Virus record (IMG/VR): IMGVR_UViG_3300038321_000417
DNA length: 64,000 bases
Source of the DNA: an uncultured virus (IMG/VR IMGVR_UViG_3300038321_000417)
Taxonomy: Duplodnaviria > Heunggongvirae > Uroviricota > Caudoviricetes
Direction: 5' to 3' (one strand)
Under the pieces are notes generated by a model, which was not told where the DNA came from, did no database searches, and saw nothing but the letters and a program-made list of their open reading frames with translations. Shown one piece after another: positions 10,589-20,974 of this stretch. A program made the position numbers and the translations under genes. Each line of letters starts with the position of its first letter. Positions within the stretch are counted from its first letter, which is position 1.

Positions 10589-11386
10589 TTAAACTCTTTT
10601 TCTTTCATCTAAAAACCCTAAATGCTCATATATTGTGAATTGATTCATACCATAGTTTTCATCTTCCTTAAAAATAAATGCGCCGCCCGTTGATTTTTTA
10701 ACAACTGCGGATTTCCAGTATGAGATTAAATAAGTAGGTTTATTATGCAATACCCTTTGTGTGACTAAGCTCATTAATATTGTCAATGTTTTATTGTTGT
10801 ACACAGCAGGTAATTTTAAGACTAATATATCCCCTAGCAATAAATCATACCATGTTAAATTCAATGATTCACTCATGTAATCAAGTGATTCCTTGACTTC
10901 TGGCTTTATGTTTGGGGTATCGTTTGTTAATAGCCAAATTCCCCAAAGTACATCTAAGGAAATATAAGGTAATACAGATTTTCCATGTTCGTAAGATTCT
11001 TTTAGAAATGTGTAAGCCCACAGATCTAAGTCAAACTTCTGTGGAGCAAAAAAGAAACAATTCTCTTGTCTAATTTGACCGTTTCTTGTATTTAGTATTA
11101 ATGAGTCTAACTTGTCAAATAATCTATCTGCTGTTAAACCCCTTAGCATAGAATTAATAACGGTTCTTGAATATCTCTTATCCGCATAACAGTCAGGTAT
11201 CATCAATATTTGTTCTATTGTTTTAGGTGGCTCTTCAATTTTAACAACTTCTCGGGTTTCTTCGCTGATACCCTCTATTTTCACTAAAGATGCCCTGTTA
11301 ATTACTTTTCCATCTTTATTACATATAGGACAAGGTACAGGTCTCCCTTTTAAATACCTAAATCCACTATTACAAGTACAAGCCAT
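10589..11386 (-). CDS. Zn-ribbon + degenerate DnaC/IstB-like protein
   Basis: N-terminal CTC..CPIC; C-terminal LVTQRVLHNKPTYLIS resembles DnaC RxxxxKPTxxxS; no Walker A (FAPQKFD). Confidence 0.5.
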   Translation of the reverse strand: MACTCNSGFRYLKGRPVPCPICNKDGKVINRASLVKIEGISEETREVVKIEEPPKTIEQILMIPDCYADKRYSRTVINSMLRGLTADRLFDKLDSLILNTRNGQIRQENCFFFAPQKFDLDLWAYTFLKESYEHGKSVLPYISLDVLWGIWLLTNDTPNIKPEVKESLDYMSESLNLTWYDLLLGDILVLKLPAVYNNKTLTILMSLVTQRVLHNKPTYLISYWKSAVVKKSTGGAFIFKEDENYGMNQFTIYEHLGFLDERKRV

Positions 11387-11471
11387 GTTTTTATCTCTCC
11401 TGTCTCAAATTTTTCGACAATTACTTACTTGGGATGTCATTAAAAACAGACTTTGTTTAATATACAAAATA

Positions 11472-11507
11472 ACTTGCAAACATCCTTATTCAGATGGTCT
11501 GCAAGTC
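11472..11507 (-). terminator. Terminator after LRR gene pair
   Basis: Minus strand ACTTGCAG..CATC...GATG..TGCAAGT followed by TATTTT. Confidence 0.55.
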
Positions 11508-11622
11508 ATTCAAGTACATCAAAAATAAACTGAATATTATACTTAAATAAAACTTCCTCGTCAAACACTTCTAAAACACAGATTGTTAAAGTCTTCTTAA
11601 TTTTCATAGTTATATCATCTCC

Positions 11623-12663
11623 TTAGTTTAATTCTAATATAAACCTAACCGTGTACTCGACATTAAGTTCCTCTGAAAACATTCTGCCATGTTTGCCAAC
11701 AACTTTTATTTTTGCAGAAGAGTTCGGTTTTAATACCCCCATTCCCTGATATCCTATATCTTGTATTGTTCTCGCCCATATAGTATTAACTGTTGTCTGC
11801 CATTCCAGAACATCAACTGGCTGTAACCCTAATGCAATGTAAGTCTCTGAAAAAAAGCTATTAAGATTATTCCACTCTTCATCCGTATACCTCGACGTGT
11901 GTATATCCTCAAATTGATGGCTGCTTGTGGGCAATTCTGTAAACACGTCAATACCTACTTTAACAGGTGCGTATGTGTTATTAGTCAAAACAAGCGCACT
12001 ACTTAGGATAGTATCTCCTTCTATATTGTTTGGGTTTATTGTGAACGACAGTGTATAAGGTATCGTAATATTGATGACTGTTGGTTCAACGCTGCCATCT
12101 ACTAGAATCTTCGATGGTTCTCTAATGTACTCAACCGAATAGCCGTTATCCATTGCCCATTGTTCAGCATATGAATCTTTATATACTGTTATTGTTGTGA
12201 GATTAGGGTTGTTTAAAAACACATCCGCACCTATATTTATTAACGACCTTGGAAGTACTACTTCAGTTAACTTATTATTTTCAAAAGCATTATGCCCTAT
12301 ACGTGTAACTCCCTCTATTACATTTATCGACATTAGATTATTGTTAAGAAAACTATATGCGCCAATAGATTCCAGTGTAATAGGAAACACAACTAAGTTC
12401 AAATTTTTATTCGCAAAGGGTTTATACCCATACGTGTCGTCAATATACACTATTGGACACTCTTGATAATACGCAGGTATAACAATGTCCGTGTCAACCC
12501 CATTATATCCTCTTAGAAAGCCCGTTCCCCCTATGTTTACAATGTAGAAATCTTCCACAGGCGATTCTTCCGCATAAACAACACATATCCAAATGTTTAA
12601 ACATAAACTTAAAACAACTAAAATACTAATACTCAATTTCCTTTTGACTTTCACAGCTATCAT
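11623..12663 (-). CDS. Secreted BspA-type leucine-rich-repeat protein
   Basis: Signal peptide (VYA/EE), LxxIGxxAFxNNxL repeats, YKDSYAEQWA cap, beta-rich C-terminal domain. Confidence 0.85.
   Translation of the reverse strand: MIAVKVKRKLSISILVVLSLCLNIWICVVYAEESPVEDFYIVNIGGTGFLRGYNGVDTDIVIPAYYQECPIVYIDDTYGYKPFANKNLNLVVFPITLESIGAYSFLNNNLMSINVIEGVTRIGHNAFENNKLTEVVLPRSLINIGADVFLNNPNLTTITVYKDSYAEQWAMDNGYSVEYIREPSKILVDGSVEPTVINITIPYTLSFTINPNNIEGDTILSSALVLTNNTYAPVKVGIDVFTELPTSSHQFEDIHTSRYTDEEWNNLNSFFSETYIALGLQPVDVLEWQTTVNTIWARTIQDIGYQGMGVLKPNSSAKIKVVGKHGRMFSEELNVEYTVRFILELN
12155..12207. repeat. 53-bp exact repeat, copy 1 (copy 2 at 13213-13265)
   Basis: GCCCATTGTTCAGCATATGAATCTTTATATACTGTTATTGTTGTGAGATTAGG is identical in both LRR genes. 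Confidence 0.9.
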
Positions 12664-12683
12664 CCCTTTCTAAAAACACACAT

Positions 12684-13788
12684 TTATTCTAAACTTAGTA
12701 CAAAACAAACTGCATATGTAAAATCGATCTGTTCTGAAAATAATCTCCCGTGCTTACCGATAACTGTTAGAGAAGAAACTGAGTTCGGTTTTAATACCCC
12801 CAATCTACGATACCCTATATCTTGTACTGTTTTTGCCCATACAGGATTTAACTCTATCTTAGCCCAGTCCTCTTCCCTTATCGGCTGTAAAGCCAACGCA
12901 ATATTATGCTCTGAATCGAATCGGTTAAGCTCACTCCACTGTTGATCTGTAAATCTTGTAGGTAACACATCCATCAAAGACGTGTATCCGCCAGAAACTT
13001 CAAATTTGTTCACCAATACTTCTACCTGTGCATTTGTGTTGTTTGTTATTGTAAGTTCGCTACTTATTAGTGAATTCTCTAAATCATTCGGGTTTATTGT
13101 AAAAGCTAGTGTTGTAGGTACTGTCACTGATAAGATTGTCGGGTTAATTGTCCCATTTAAATTAAGTACACTAGGCTCTTTCACATACTTTACGCTATAT
13201 CCATTATCTTTAGCCCATTGTTCAGCATATGAATCTTTATATACTGTTATTGTTGTGAGATTAGGATTATTATAAAAAACGTTCGCTTGCATTAAGGTTA
13301 TAGACTTTGGAAGAATAATCTCGGTTAAGTTATTATTAGTAAAAGCGTACTCCCAAATTTCATTCACACCATCTTCTATTACTACGTTAGTCAAGTTATT
13401 TGAATCAAAAGCCCTGCCATGTATTTGTTTTATGTTTGAGGGTATAGTTATACTCGTGAGTAGGTTTTGAGCAAAATTTCTATTGACCAAGAGAGTGAAT
13501 GTTTCTGGAATAGTAACTGAAGTGATATTTTTGTTACGTAGCGGGTATACCCCTTGCACTGCATGTGTTCCGGTTATTGGAACGCCATTATAATAATCAG
13601 GCAGCACTATATCCCCCCCCAGTACCTGTGTATTCTCTTATTATATAGTATGTCGGGTTATCTATGCCGCAGCCATCAAGTTTATAATCTCCGTATTCTA
13701 TAAATGCGGCATTTGAAACCACCATACCAACCTGTAATAGTATAAAGACTATTAATACCCCAATAAATAATTTTTGTACGCACTTCAC
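12684..13788 (-). pseudogene. Second BspA-type LRR protein, split by frameshift at G8 tract
   Basis: ORF 13597-13788 (signal peptide) and ORF 12684-13607 join in frame if G8 (13613-13620) is G7, giving TGTGGDIVLPDYYNG, matching paralog GVDTDIVIPAYY. Confidence 0.8.
13213..13265. repeat. 53-bp exact repeat, copy 2
   Basis: Identical to 12155-12207. Confidence 0.9.
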
Positions 13789-14132
13789 AGCCCCTACCCC
13801 CTTTTTTAACGATACTGATACACTTCCTATTAACTTATTGTCTTTAATTAAAAAAGCGACTTAACAGTCGCTATAGCTTAAAAACTCCCAACTCAATTTT
13901 AAGTTTCAAATCAAATTTAATAGTAAGTTATTACATACACACATGTTTTCACAATTCTAATATACAATTCAAAATATCCTCGACATGTTGCCTCGTCTTA
14001 CACTTATAAATTTTTCAGTAGCAGTGTATATCATTTCAACTGTTCTACCTATGCAACCTAACAGGAATATTCAAGACATATAAGCTGTCACCCTCACTAC
14101 TCACATGTGTGTACGTCCGTTAAAAGAATTTT

Positions 14133-14249
14133 TTACTTAAATATAAAGTGTTCCAGAAATTTAATAATTGTCTCTCCCGTAAATAGTAATAAACCCAGTA
14201 AAGCGAATAAAATCAAACTGCCCATTACACTTTCTTTTATCTGTTGCAT
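14133..14249 (-). CDS. 38-aa single-TM small protein
   Basis: Read manually: MQQIKESVMGSLILFALLGLLLFTGETIIKFLEHFIFK, GGGGG RBS upstream. Confidence 0.55.
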   Translation of the reverse strand: MQQIKESVMGSLILFALLGLLLFTGETIIKFLEHFIFK

Positions 14250-14335
14250 CTCACAACCCCCAGTATAATTTTGATTACCTATTATACTGATGAAGTGCTT
14301 AACAACTGTAGTGTCACGAAATTTTAATACCCCTC

Positions 14336-14851
14336 TTAACTTAGCCCTATTTTTTCTCTATTTATCGGTTTTGTAACATGATATGTTTTTACAACGTCTA
14401 AGTAATCTATCAACACGTCAACAATAAATTCCCGATACTCTTTTAGGTCAAGCATTTCAGCAGGTGCAGAAACAATTAAGTACACAAATATATCTCTTGC
14501 CGCCTCTACTATAAAGTCAGCAAACACCCCGTATTGTTCTAAATCTATCTCTCTCGAAATAAAAGATACCAAACTCGTGTCTGAATTGTAAACCTTAGGT
14601 GAAAAAGATGGTTTTAGAAACAAGTTTATTATTGAATTAAATATGTTTTTCCTTATTTCCATGTTCATACCTAATTCCCTATCTTTTAAAACAGTAGAAG
14701 TATAATAAGTGTATTTTGCACAAAAAGAAAACACAATATTCTTAAAAAGTAACCCTAAATCCTCAATAGTTACTTTCTTACCTGTGCTGGTGCTTATTTT
14801 TTGAGCCATTGTTGAAAGATGTTTATACTTTCTTTTCATCATCCAGTCCAT
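14336..14851 (-). CDS. Hypothetical protein
   Basis: TAATG coupling to the helicase gene. Confidence 0.7.
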   Translation of the reverse strand: MDWMMKRKYKHLSTMAQKISTSTGKKVTIEDLGLLFKNIVFSFCAKYTYYTSTVLKDRELGMNMEIRKNIFNSIINLFLKPSFSPKVYNSDTSLVSFISREIDLEQYGVFADFIVEAARDIFVYLIVSAPAEMLDLKEYREFIVDVLIDYLDVVKTYHVTKPINREKIGLS

Positions 14852-16443
14852 TATGTCAACGCCTTTCTATATGTTCTTTCTTTTTCTTGCACTTGTCTGA
14901 TACACTCATTAAGAATACTCTCATCTAAATTTACAACCTTTTTAGCAGTATCATCCCTTTTTTTCATAATGCCCTTTACTTTTCTTGTTTCCTCTGATCT
15001 TTCTGTTAAGAGTACGTAAAACTCCTTTCCCTCTGGTTTCATTGATCTTAATATCCTACCCTCTATTTGTTTTAACTTCTGAGGATTTGTTTCAAGAGTG
15101 TACATTACACATATATCTCCGTTAACTAAGTCAATACCCCTCTTTAGGCTAGAAATTATAACATCTATTTCCCCATAATTAAACTCATTCTTAGTTTCGT
15201 TCCTTACGTTTGAATCAGTTTCCCCGTTAATAATTGCAACATTGTACCCTTGCCCCTCTAGCATGCCCTTTAAATGCTCATGTACTTGCTTGTAACGACA
15301 ATAGATTAATGTCTTTTTGTTTTTCATCCTTGTTTTCGCCAAGTCACTAATTGCCTTTAACTTAGGTACTGTTTCCTCAGATATCTCCATGTTTTTATCT
15401 ATGTACATAGGAGCATCTAAAACAAGCTGCCAAGTATGTTTCTGTCCTAACAAGAATTTTTGCTCTCTCGATTTCTCTACAAATATAACCTCTATTAAAT
15501 TCCCGTCTTCTACACTATACCCCGACAGCATTTTTCTTGAATACCCGTTGTACCTTAAAGACATTCGTGTCCTTGCCTTTTCTTCCATTCCAGCCTTACA
15601 ATCCAGTTTTTTAGGAATAAACTTTGTGTAGTCATAGGCATAGTACTCTTTTTCAAACGTTGTTCTTGCAGGTAGTAATTTTTTGTCTAGTAGATATAAC
15701 TGTGTGTACAAATCCATCAACTCTAATTCAATAGGTGTTGCATTAAGCTCAAACATATACTTTACTAATCCGCTAAAGACACTTAACTTAGACGCCAAGT
15801 CTGAACTATCCGATTTAAATACCGAAGATTCATCCACAAATAACACATTAAATACCTTGTTATAAATAACATATGTCGTGAAAGCACTTGCACCTAACAA
15901 CGAATGCGTACCTATAATAATGTCACACTCATCTATTTCTTTTAAAACATTTTCAACGTCTTTCTTCTGCCCTGTTGTTACTGCTGTTCTTAGTCCTGTT
16001 ATTCTTACAATTTCCTCTTGTAACTGATATACAGTATTTTTCTCCCCTAAGACCAAAACTTTACCTAATTTCTCACCCTCACATTTCCTCAACAAGTTTA
16101 TTATACCGCCCATTGCATGTGTCTTACCTAACCCGTAAGAGTCACCGATTAATGCTCTTTGTGCGTAATAGGCATAGGCTACATTTATTGTTTGATAGGG
16201 TCTTAACATACCTAACGGTGGCTCTTTACCAAACATTTCAAAGTAGCTTTTTTTATTCTCTATAAGAAGTTTGGCAGTCTTTTTATCTATGTTATACACC
16301 ATGTTTTCTAAAAAATCTAAACCAACTTTCGGATCAATTTTCTTTAAAGCAAGTAACTTCTTTACCTGAATATCTGTCAAGCTCCCTATATAATAGTATT
16401 CGTTTGTTTTTTCATCTTGCCAAACAGCAAGGGTTTTTGCCAT
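14851..16443 (-). CDS. SNF2-like superfamily 2 helicase/translocase
   Basis: LRPYQ, GDSYGLGKT, FVDES, LNATP, GIDL, QIEGRILR. Confidence 0.9.
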   Translation of the reverse strand: MAKTLAVWQDEKTNEYYYIGSLTDIQVKKLLALKKIDPKVGLDFLENMVYNIDKKTAKLLIENKKSYFEMFGKEPPLGMLRPYQTINVAYAYYAQRALIGDSYGLGKTHAMGGIINLLRKCEGEKLGKVLVLGEKNTVYQLQEEIVRITGLRTAVTTGQKKDVENVLKEIDECDIIIGTHSLLGASAFTTYVIYNKVFNVLFVDESSVFKSDSSDLASKLSVFSGLVKYMFELNATPIELELMDLYTQLYLLDKKLLPARTTFEKEYYAYDYTKFIPKKLDCKAGMEEKARTRMSLRYNGYSRKMLSGYSVEDGNLIEVIFVEKSREQKFLLGQKHTWQLVLDAPMYIDKNMEISEETVPKLKAISDLAKTRMKNKKTLIYCRYKQVHEHLKGMLEGQGYNVAIINGETDSNVRNETKNEFNYGEIDVIISSLKRGIDLVNGDICVMYTLETNPQKLKQIEGRILRSMKPEGKEFYVLLTERSEETRKVKGIMKKRDDTAKKVVNLDESILNECIRQVQEKERTYRKALT

Positions 16444-16444
16444 G

Positions 16445-18118
16445 TTATTTCCCTACCCTCATTTCTAAGAAATTATTGAAGTAGTCAGCACCAAAATCAT
16501 TTAATACTTCCTCAAAAACGCTTTGGTTGTAATCTGAAATCATCCATTTATCTTGAACCTTTTGTAATTTCATGCGACTACCTATATTATATGCTTTGTC
16601 GTTAGAAATTATGACTTCTCTTAACCGCACTTCACATGTCAGACTTGTAGCGTAAATCCATTCTTCTACTAAAGTATATTTCTTGTCAACTTCGGATACA
16701 GATTGTAACGTCTTACGAATTTTTTCCGTTTCAACTAAACTTTTATCTTTATCAATGAAAGATACTATGCCTGAGTCGCCAACCATAGCAGTTGACAAGT
16801 CCAATAAAAATTGCTCAATGTCTTTTTTCGTTTCAGTATTGTCTGCGCCAGAAATAAGTTCAAATTCTTCTAACAAGTATAAGTTTTCTTTTGTTTGAAA
16901 CAAAGATGGCTCTTTCTTTATTACTACCTTTAAAGGCTCAATGTCCACTAATACAAATCCACCTGTTCGCCATTTAATAGTTAGTATATCCTCTTGACCG
17001 TAAACTCCATACCCTATTTTTTTATCTTTAGATTTGTCTTTTACTTCTGATACGGTTGTGACCACTAGAGTGTCTCCATCTCTACTGTAAAACTCTTTTA
17101 TGGTCGATGTAGTTAATTTATATATGTCGTTAAACATAGAGTCTAGATATGGCTCATACCTACCCGATTCTGCCATTAACTTATATAATCCAATATAATT
17201 CCTCGTGTTTAATGCCTTGTAAAAACTCTCTACAAAATTAGACAAATTAATCTTTGTGTTATCCGTAAACAACTCTGTATTTCTTAATGCTGTTTTAATC
17301 TCTCCACCGCTATACTCTATAAGATATGCCGATTCTAGTGCTAAATCCAATGTCATTGGAGATAATGCAAATATATACCTAAACTTCAAGTAGGCAGCGC
17401 TATTATCAACTTGTTCAATATTCCTTTTAGAATAGTTTATACCTAATACCCCTCTTTCTACTTGTTTTACTTCATCTTGATATGAGTATATAGGTGTTTC
17501 GTCTGTGTACACTCCCCAAGCTTTATCGCTCCCCTTACCTGTTTTTAATAAAATATCAGACACATATCTTTCTAAACGTAAACGCTTTTTTAAACTCTCT
17601 GTTGGGTCGCCTTTTACAATGTCAGGTACTCCTGAATTAGCTTTTAAAACACTTGAAGCTGTATAAGTTACGTCTACAACATAATGCTCTGAATCCCTAT
17701 CTACTCCCACTATGTCAATTTCCTTTAGCTCATACACATACTTGCCGAAATAGTCCATGTAATGAAGTATATACTTTAATGTACCATCTGTAATAAAACT
17801 ATCCGTCACTTCGCCTTTAACTAATGCCATGTTTATTTTATTAACCCTGTCTGTTAGCTTCATTTCTTCGGAGCTTTTTGCAGGTTCTAAGTTATCGTAT
17901 ATGTAATACCCCTCTGTGTCCATTATCGTCTTTATTCTATCCCCTATATCCTCTATTCCTGCCGTAACCCAAGCGTTAGCGTCATTTGAAGCTAAATGTA
18001 CCCCCAACGGAACAGAATCTTTTAGAGCATCCTCTACACCCTTGTTAGAACACCCTGTAGATAATAACACAACTAAACCGAATATAGCTAAAAGTCCTTT
18101 TGTCTTCTTTATGTACAT
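16445..18118 (-). CDS. Large lipoprotein of the transfer cluster
   Basis: Lipobox LLSTGC after basic/hydrophobic N-terminus; repeated helix + beta-hairpin segments possibly NTF2-like. Confidence 0.75.
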   Translation of the reverse strand: MYIKKTKGLLAIFGLVVLLSTGCSNKGVEDALKDSVPLGVHLASNDANAWVTAGIEDIGDRIKTIMDTEGYYIYDNLEPAKSSEEMKLTDRVNKINMALVKGEVTDSFITDGTLKYILHYMDYFGKYVYELKEIDIVGVDRDSEHYVVDVTYTASSVLKANSGVPDIVKGDPTESLKKRLRLERYVSDILLKTGKGSDKAWGVYTDETPIYSYQDEVKQVERGVLGINYSKRNIEQVDNSAAYLKFRYIFALSPMTLDLALESAYLIEYSGGEIKTALRNTELFTDNTKINLSNFVESFYKALNTRNYIGLYKLMAESGRYEPYLDSMFNDIYKLTTSTIKEFYSRDGDTLVVTTVSEVKDKSKDKKIGYGVYGQEDILTIKWRTGGFVLVDIEPLKVVIKKEPSLFQTKENLYLLEEFELISGADNTETKKDIEQFLLDLSTAMVGDSGIVSFIDKDKSLVETEKIRKTLQSVSEVDKKYTLVEEWIYATSLTCEVRLREVIISNDKAYNIGSRMKLQKVQDKWMISDYNQSVFEEVLNDFGADYFNNFLEMRVGK

Positions 18119-18828
18119 AAATAATCCTCTCCCATCTTAACATTGTAATACCGTATTACTAAAAAGTCGTCTACTGCTTTGTTTATTTCCTTTAGGGTAT
18201 AAATTTGTAAAGCTTCTTTTAATTTTACCTCTCCACCATTTTTTGAAACCCAGTCCTCTATAGGTGTGTCAGCCCCTTTAATTATATTGACTTCTTGAGA
18301 TATATTGTTTGGTTCTGCTTTCTCTTTATATACTTCTTTTACAAGCTTAACATCAGGCATACCTTTATTTTCTTTTATTATGTTCTCTTTTTTATTGATG
18401 TCTGCAACAGGATCAACCGAAATCATTTTTACTGTCTTAATTGGCTGCCTGTGAATTTTCTCTTTAATAGGCTGTTCTACTACAGGTTTTACGTTAGTCT
18501 TCAGTTTATCAGGTATTCCAAATATGTTCTCGAACCCCTCAATGTCCTCAAAATCTTCATCTGAATCATCATCATATTCAATGTCCTCAAATTCCTCATT
18601 TATATTGTCGTCTCCATACTCTATGCCGTTAAAATTTGTGCAGGTAGTCTCGTAAGTTTCTTTAATGTCAAATTCCTTTACGTCCATGTCTTCCTCAACA
18701 ACACTGTTTACTTTCTCTGTATTACCTTTTTCCTCTTTATGTGAAATAGGACTATACTTTTTTAAAATATAGTCCCCGATAACTTTTTTAAATGTACTTA
18801 TAGGAATATCTATTATTTCCATTGGCAC
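18109..18828 (-). CDS. Acidic hypothetical protein, possible C-terminal wHTH
   Basis: EFEDIEYDDDSDEDFEDIE tract; compact C-terminal domain; overlaps neighbour. Confidence 0.65.
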   Translation of the reverse strand: MPMEIIDIPISTFKKVIGDYILKKYSPISHKEEKGNTEKVNSVVEEDMDVKEFDIKETYETTCTNFNGIEYGDDNINEEFEDIEYDDDSDEDFEDIEGFENIFGIPDKLKTNVKPVVEQPIKEKIHRQPIKTVKMISVDPVADINKKENIIKENKGMPDVKLVKEVYKEKAEPNNISQEVNIIKGADTPIEDWVSKNGGEVKLKEALQIYTLKEINKAVDDFLVIRYYNVKMGEDYLCT

Positions 18829-18838
18829 ACTTCCTTGT

Positions 18839-20959
18839 TTAATACTTATCAGGCATGTATTCGTAAACTCTACGTAAAGCAGGGCTAGATTCTATTTCAT
18901 ACCCTTTTGACATCCATAGCCTACGTATAAAGTCAAATACCTTTTTGTTGTTCTCGTTAGAATCGGTGATTACTCCTGATTTTATAAACATTGGTTCTTC
19001 TGAACCTATTGTCATAGCCATGTCACCTTTTCTACTCAAAACATAATCAAACTTATTTGTTGTTAAATCTAATGTTGACTTAATATGATCCGTGTTACCC
19101 ATTACTGATGCTCTGAAAGGTATTACTGACTTTATTGTTTTATTCAAAAATTGATGTTTAGCAACGTGAGGAATTAAAACTGTTCTAATACCTACGTTAG
19201 GCAGCTTCGTCACAAGTATTCTTAACAGCTTGTCGAACCTCTCTTTTTCTTCTTTACCCATAGTCTCTGCAACAGTGACAACTTCATCTATAAATACATA
19301 TATTATAGGTAATTTTACTTCTGGATGCCTGTTCCTTAAATCCCAAATACTTGTCTCCTTGTATTTACCTATTATGTCCTGTCTTCTTTTACCCTCTTGC
19401 TCTACCACCACTTCTAATATGCTGTTAAACTCTTTTGAATTCCCACAAAACGCTATATTATGAGGTATATTAAAATTTAAAAAGTCCGATGTTTTATCTT
19501 TAGGATCAAGTATTATGTATTGCAAATCCTCTGGTGAAGTAAACATACTTAATTGAGTTAGTATGTTTAAGCCTACCCATGTCTTTCCACTTCGAGGCAT
19601 ACCCGCTATTAAAAGTGATTCTAAGTTTTTCAAATCCCGATATATCGGTTCTCCCTCTCCATCTATCCCCAATATAACTGGAAACGTGTTATTCGGATCG
19701 GTGAAAAATTCTCTTCCCTTTGGTGTACCTAAAAAGTCCCCTAAACTAACAAAGAAGTTTTCATTTCCAAATACTTTAATGTCGTAAAAATCTCCCCAAA
19801 GTTCAACTACCGCATTAACGTTATCCTTTTTGTTTATTTTAAAATAAGGTTCGAGTTCTCTTGCAATAGCATCTGTCTTATTCAACCCTTTAATTCTACG
19901 CATCCTTGCCCTTATATACATTTTTGTCTTAAAAGCTTCTACAAGGTAAGTGTTTTCTGCCTCTTCCACTTCTTTTGTTGACACTGCATTTATCGCCTTT
20001 GTACAACTTGTGTCAATAAAATAAAACTCATCAGTACCCTCTCTAAGTGGTTCTTCAGTTTCAAAATCGGGGGTATATTTAGGTAAAATTTTTAAGTACT
20101 TATTAAGTAAATATTCCCTATCGTAAAACCTATTAGTGTCGATACTGTCTAATTCACTTTCTACATTATTGCTGTTTACTGTTGTGTCAAAATTCGGAGG
20201 CACATATAAATCGTTTAAGTCAGGCACACCATTAAGCTCGAAGTTATCGTCAAAAAACGACGTGTCAATTACTGAATCATCTAAGGAATCGAAATCTTCT
20301 CCGGAATCATCAAACCCCAAAGAGTCTATTTCATTTGCAAAGCTGTTGTTAACCGGTTTTTCCCCAGGATCATTAGCTATATTTGAGGGATTCTTATTAA
20401 CATAATCTGCTGTAAACCCAAATACCAGTAGTAAAAATCCTGCACTAATAAAGTTAAATATAAACCAACTCAATGTGCGAATAAAAAGTATTTTCTTTAC
20501 CCCAAAAATCATTAAAAGTATAAAAATTACTGCGGCTACAGTCTGACTTACTAAAATACGTGAGATATACTTACCCCATGTTTTAGAATCTGTATTTTTA
20601 CAAAACTCAAATAGTTTCTTAACGCCACTCCATACTACTTTGAATACCTCTTTTACAACTCTAAAAAACCTATCCTCTGGATTTTCAACAGGCTTTGTCT
20701 GTGCAAATTGATTGTTAAATATACTTGTCGAATTTTCCGCACCCAAGTCCATTCCACCTAATCCACCTGTATTTGAATTAGCTCCCAAACCTAAAAAGTT
20801 ATCTAAGTCCGCTTCACCAACTAAAAAGTCCTCAAAATTAATACTGTCGTCTTCCATGCCCTCTTCATATTGGGGTGGATTCTTTATTTTGTTATGCTTT
20901 AATTTAGCATTCTCTAAATCATATGATCCTATGTTTTTTTGTAACTTATTAAAGTCCAC
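18839..20959 (-). CDS. Membrane-anchored FtsK/SpoIIIE-family ATPase
   Basis: 2 TM segments, PVILGIDGEG, Walker A AGMPRSGKT, ILDPK, Walker B YVFIDE, RKGD. Confidence 0.85.
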   Translation of the reverse strand: MDFNKLQKNIGSYDLENAKLKHNKIKNPPQYEEGMEDDSINFEDFLVGEADLDNFLGLGANSNTGGLGGMDLGAENSTSIFNNQFAQTKPVENPEDRFFRVVKEVFKVVWSGVKKLFEFCKNTDSKTWGKYISRILVSQTVAAVIFILLMIFGVKKILFIRTLSWFIFNFISAGFLLLVFGFTADYVNKNPSNIANDPGEKPVNNSFANEIDSLGFDDSGEDFDSLDDSVIDTSFFDDNFELNGVPDLNDLYVPPNFDTTVNSNNVESELDSIDTNRFYDREYLLNKYLKILPKYTPDFETEEPLREGTDEFYFIDTSCTKAINAVSTKEVEEAENTYLVEAFKTKMYIRARMRRIKGLNKTDAIARELEPYFKINKKDNVNAVVELWGDFYDIKVFGNENFFVSLGDFLGTPKGREFFTDPNNTFPVILGIDGEGEPIYRDLKNLESLLIAGMPRSGKTWVGLNILTQLSMFTSPEDLQYIILDPKDKTSDFLNFNIPHNIAFCGNSKEFNSILEVVVEQEGKRRQDIIGKYKETSIWDLRNRHPEVKLPIIYVFIDEVVTVAETMGKEEKERFDKLLRILVTKLPNVGIRTVLIPHVAKHQFLNKTIKSVIPFRASVMGNTDHIKSTLDLTTNKFDYVLSRKGDMAMTIGSEEPMFIKSGVITDSNENNKKVFDFIRRLWMSKGYEIESSPALRRVYEYMPDKY

Positions 20960-20974
20960 AACTAATACCCCTTT

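Noticed and set aside
18839..20959. Type VII secretion EssC
   Set aside because: Single ATPase domain, no FHA domains, no WXG100 gene seen
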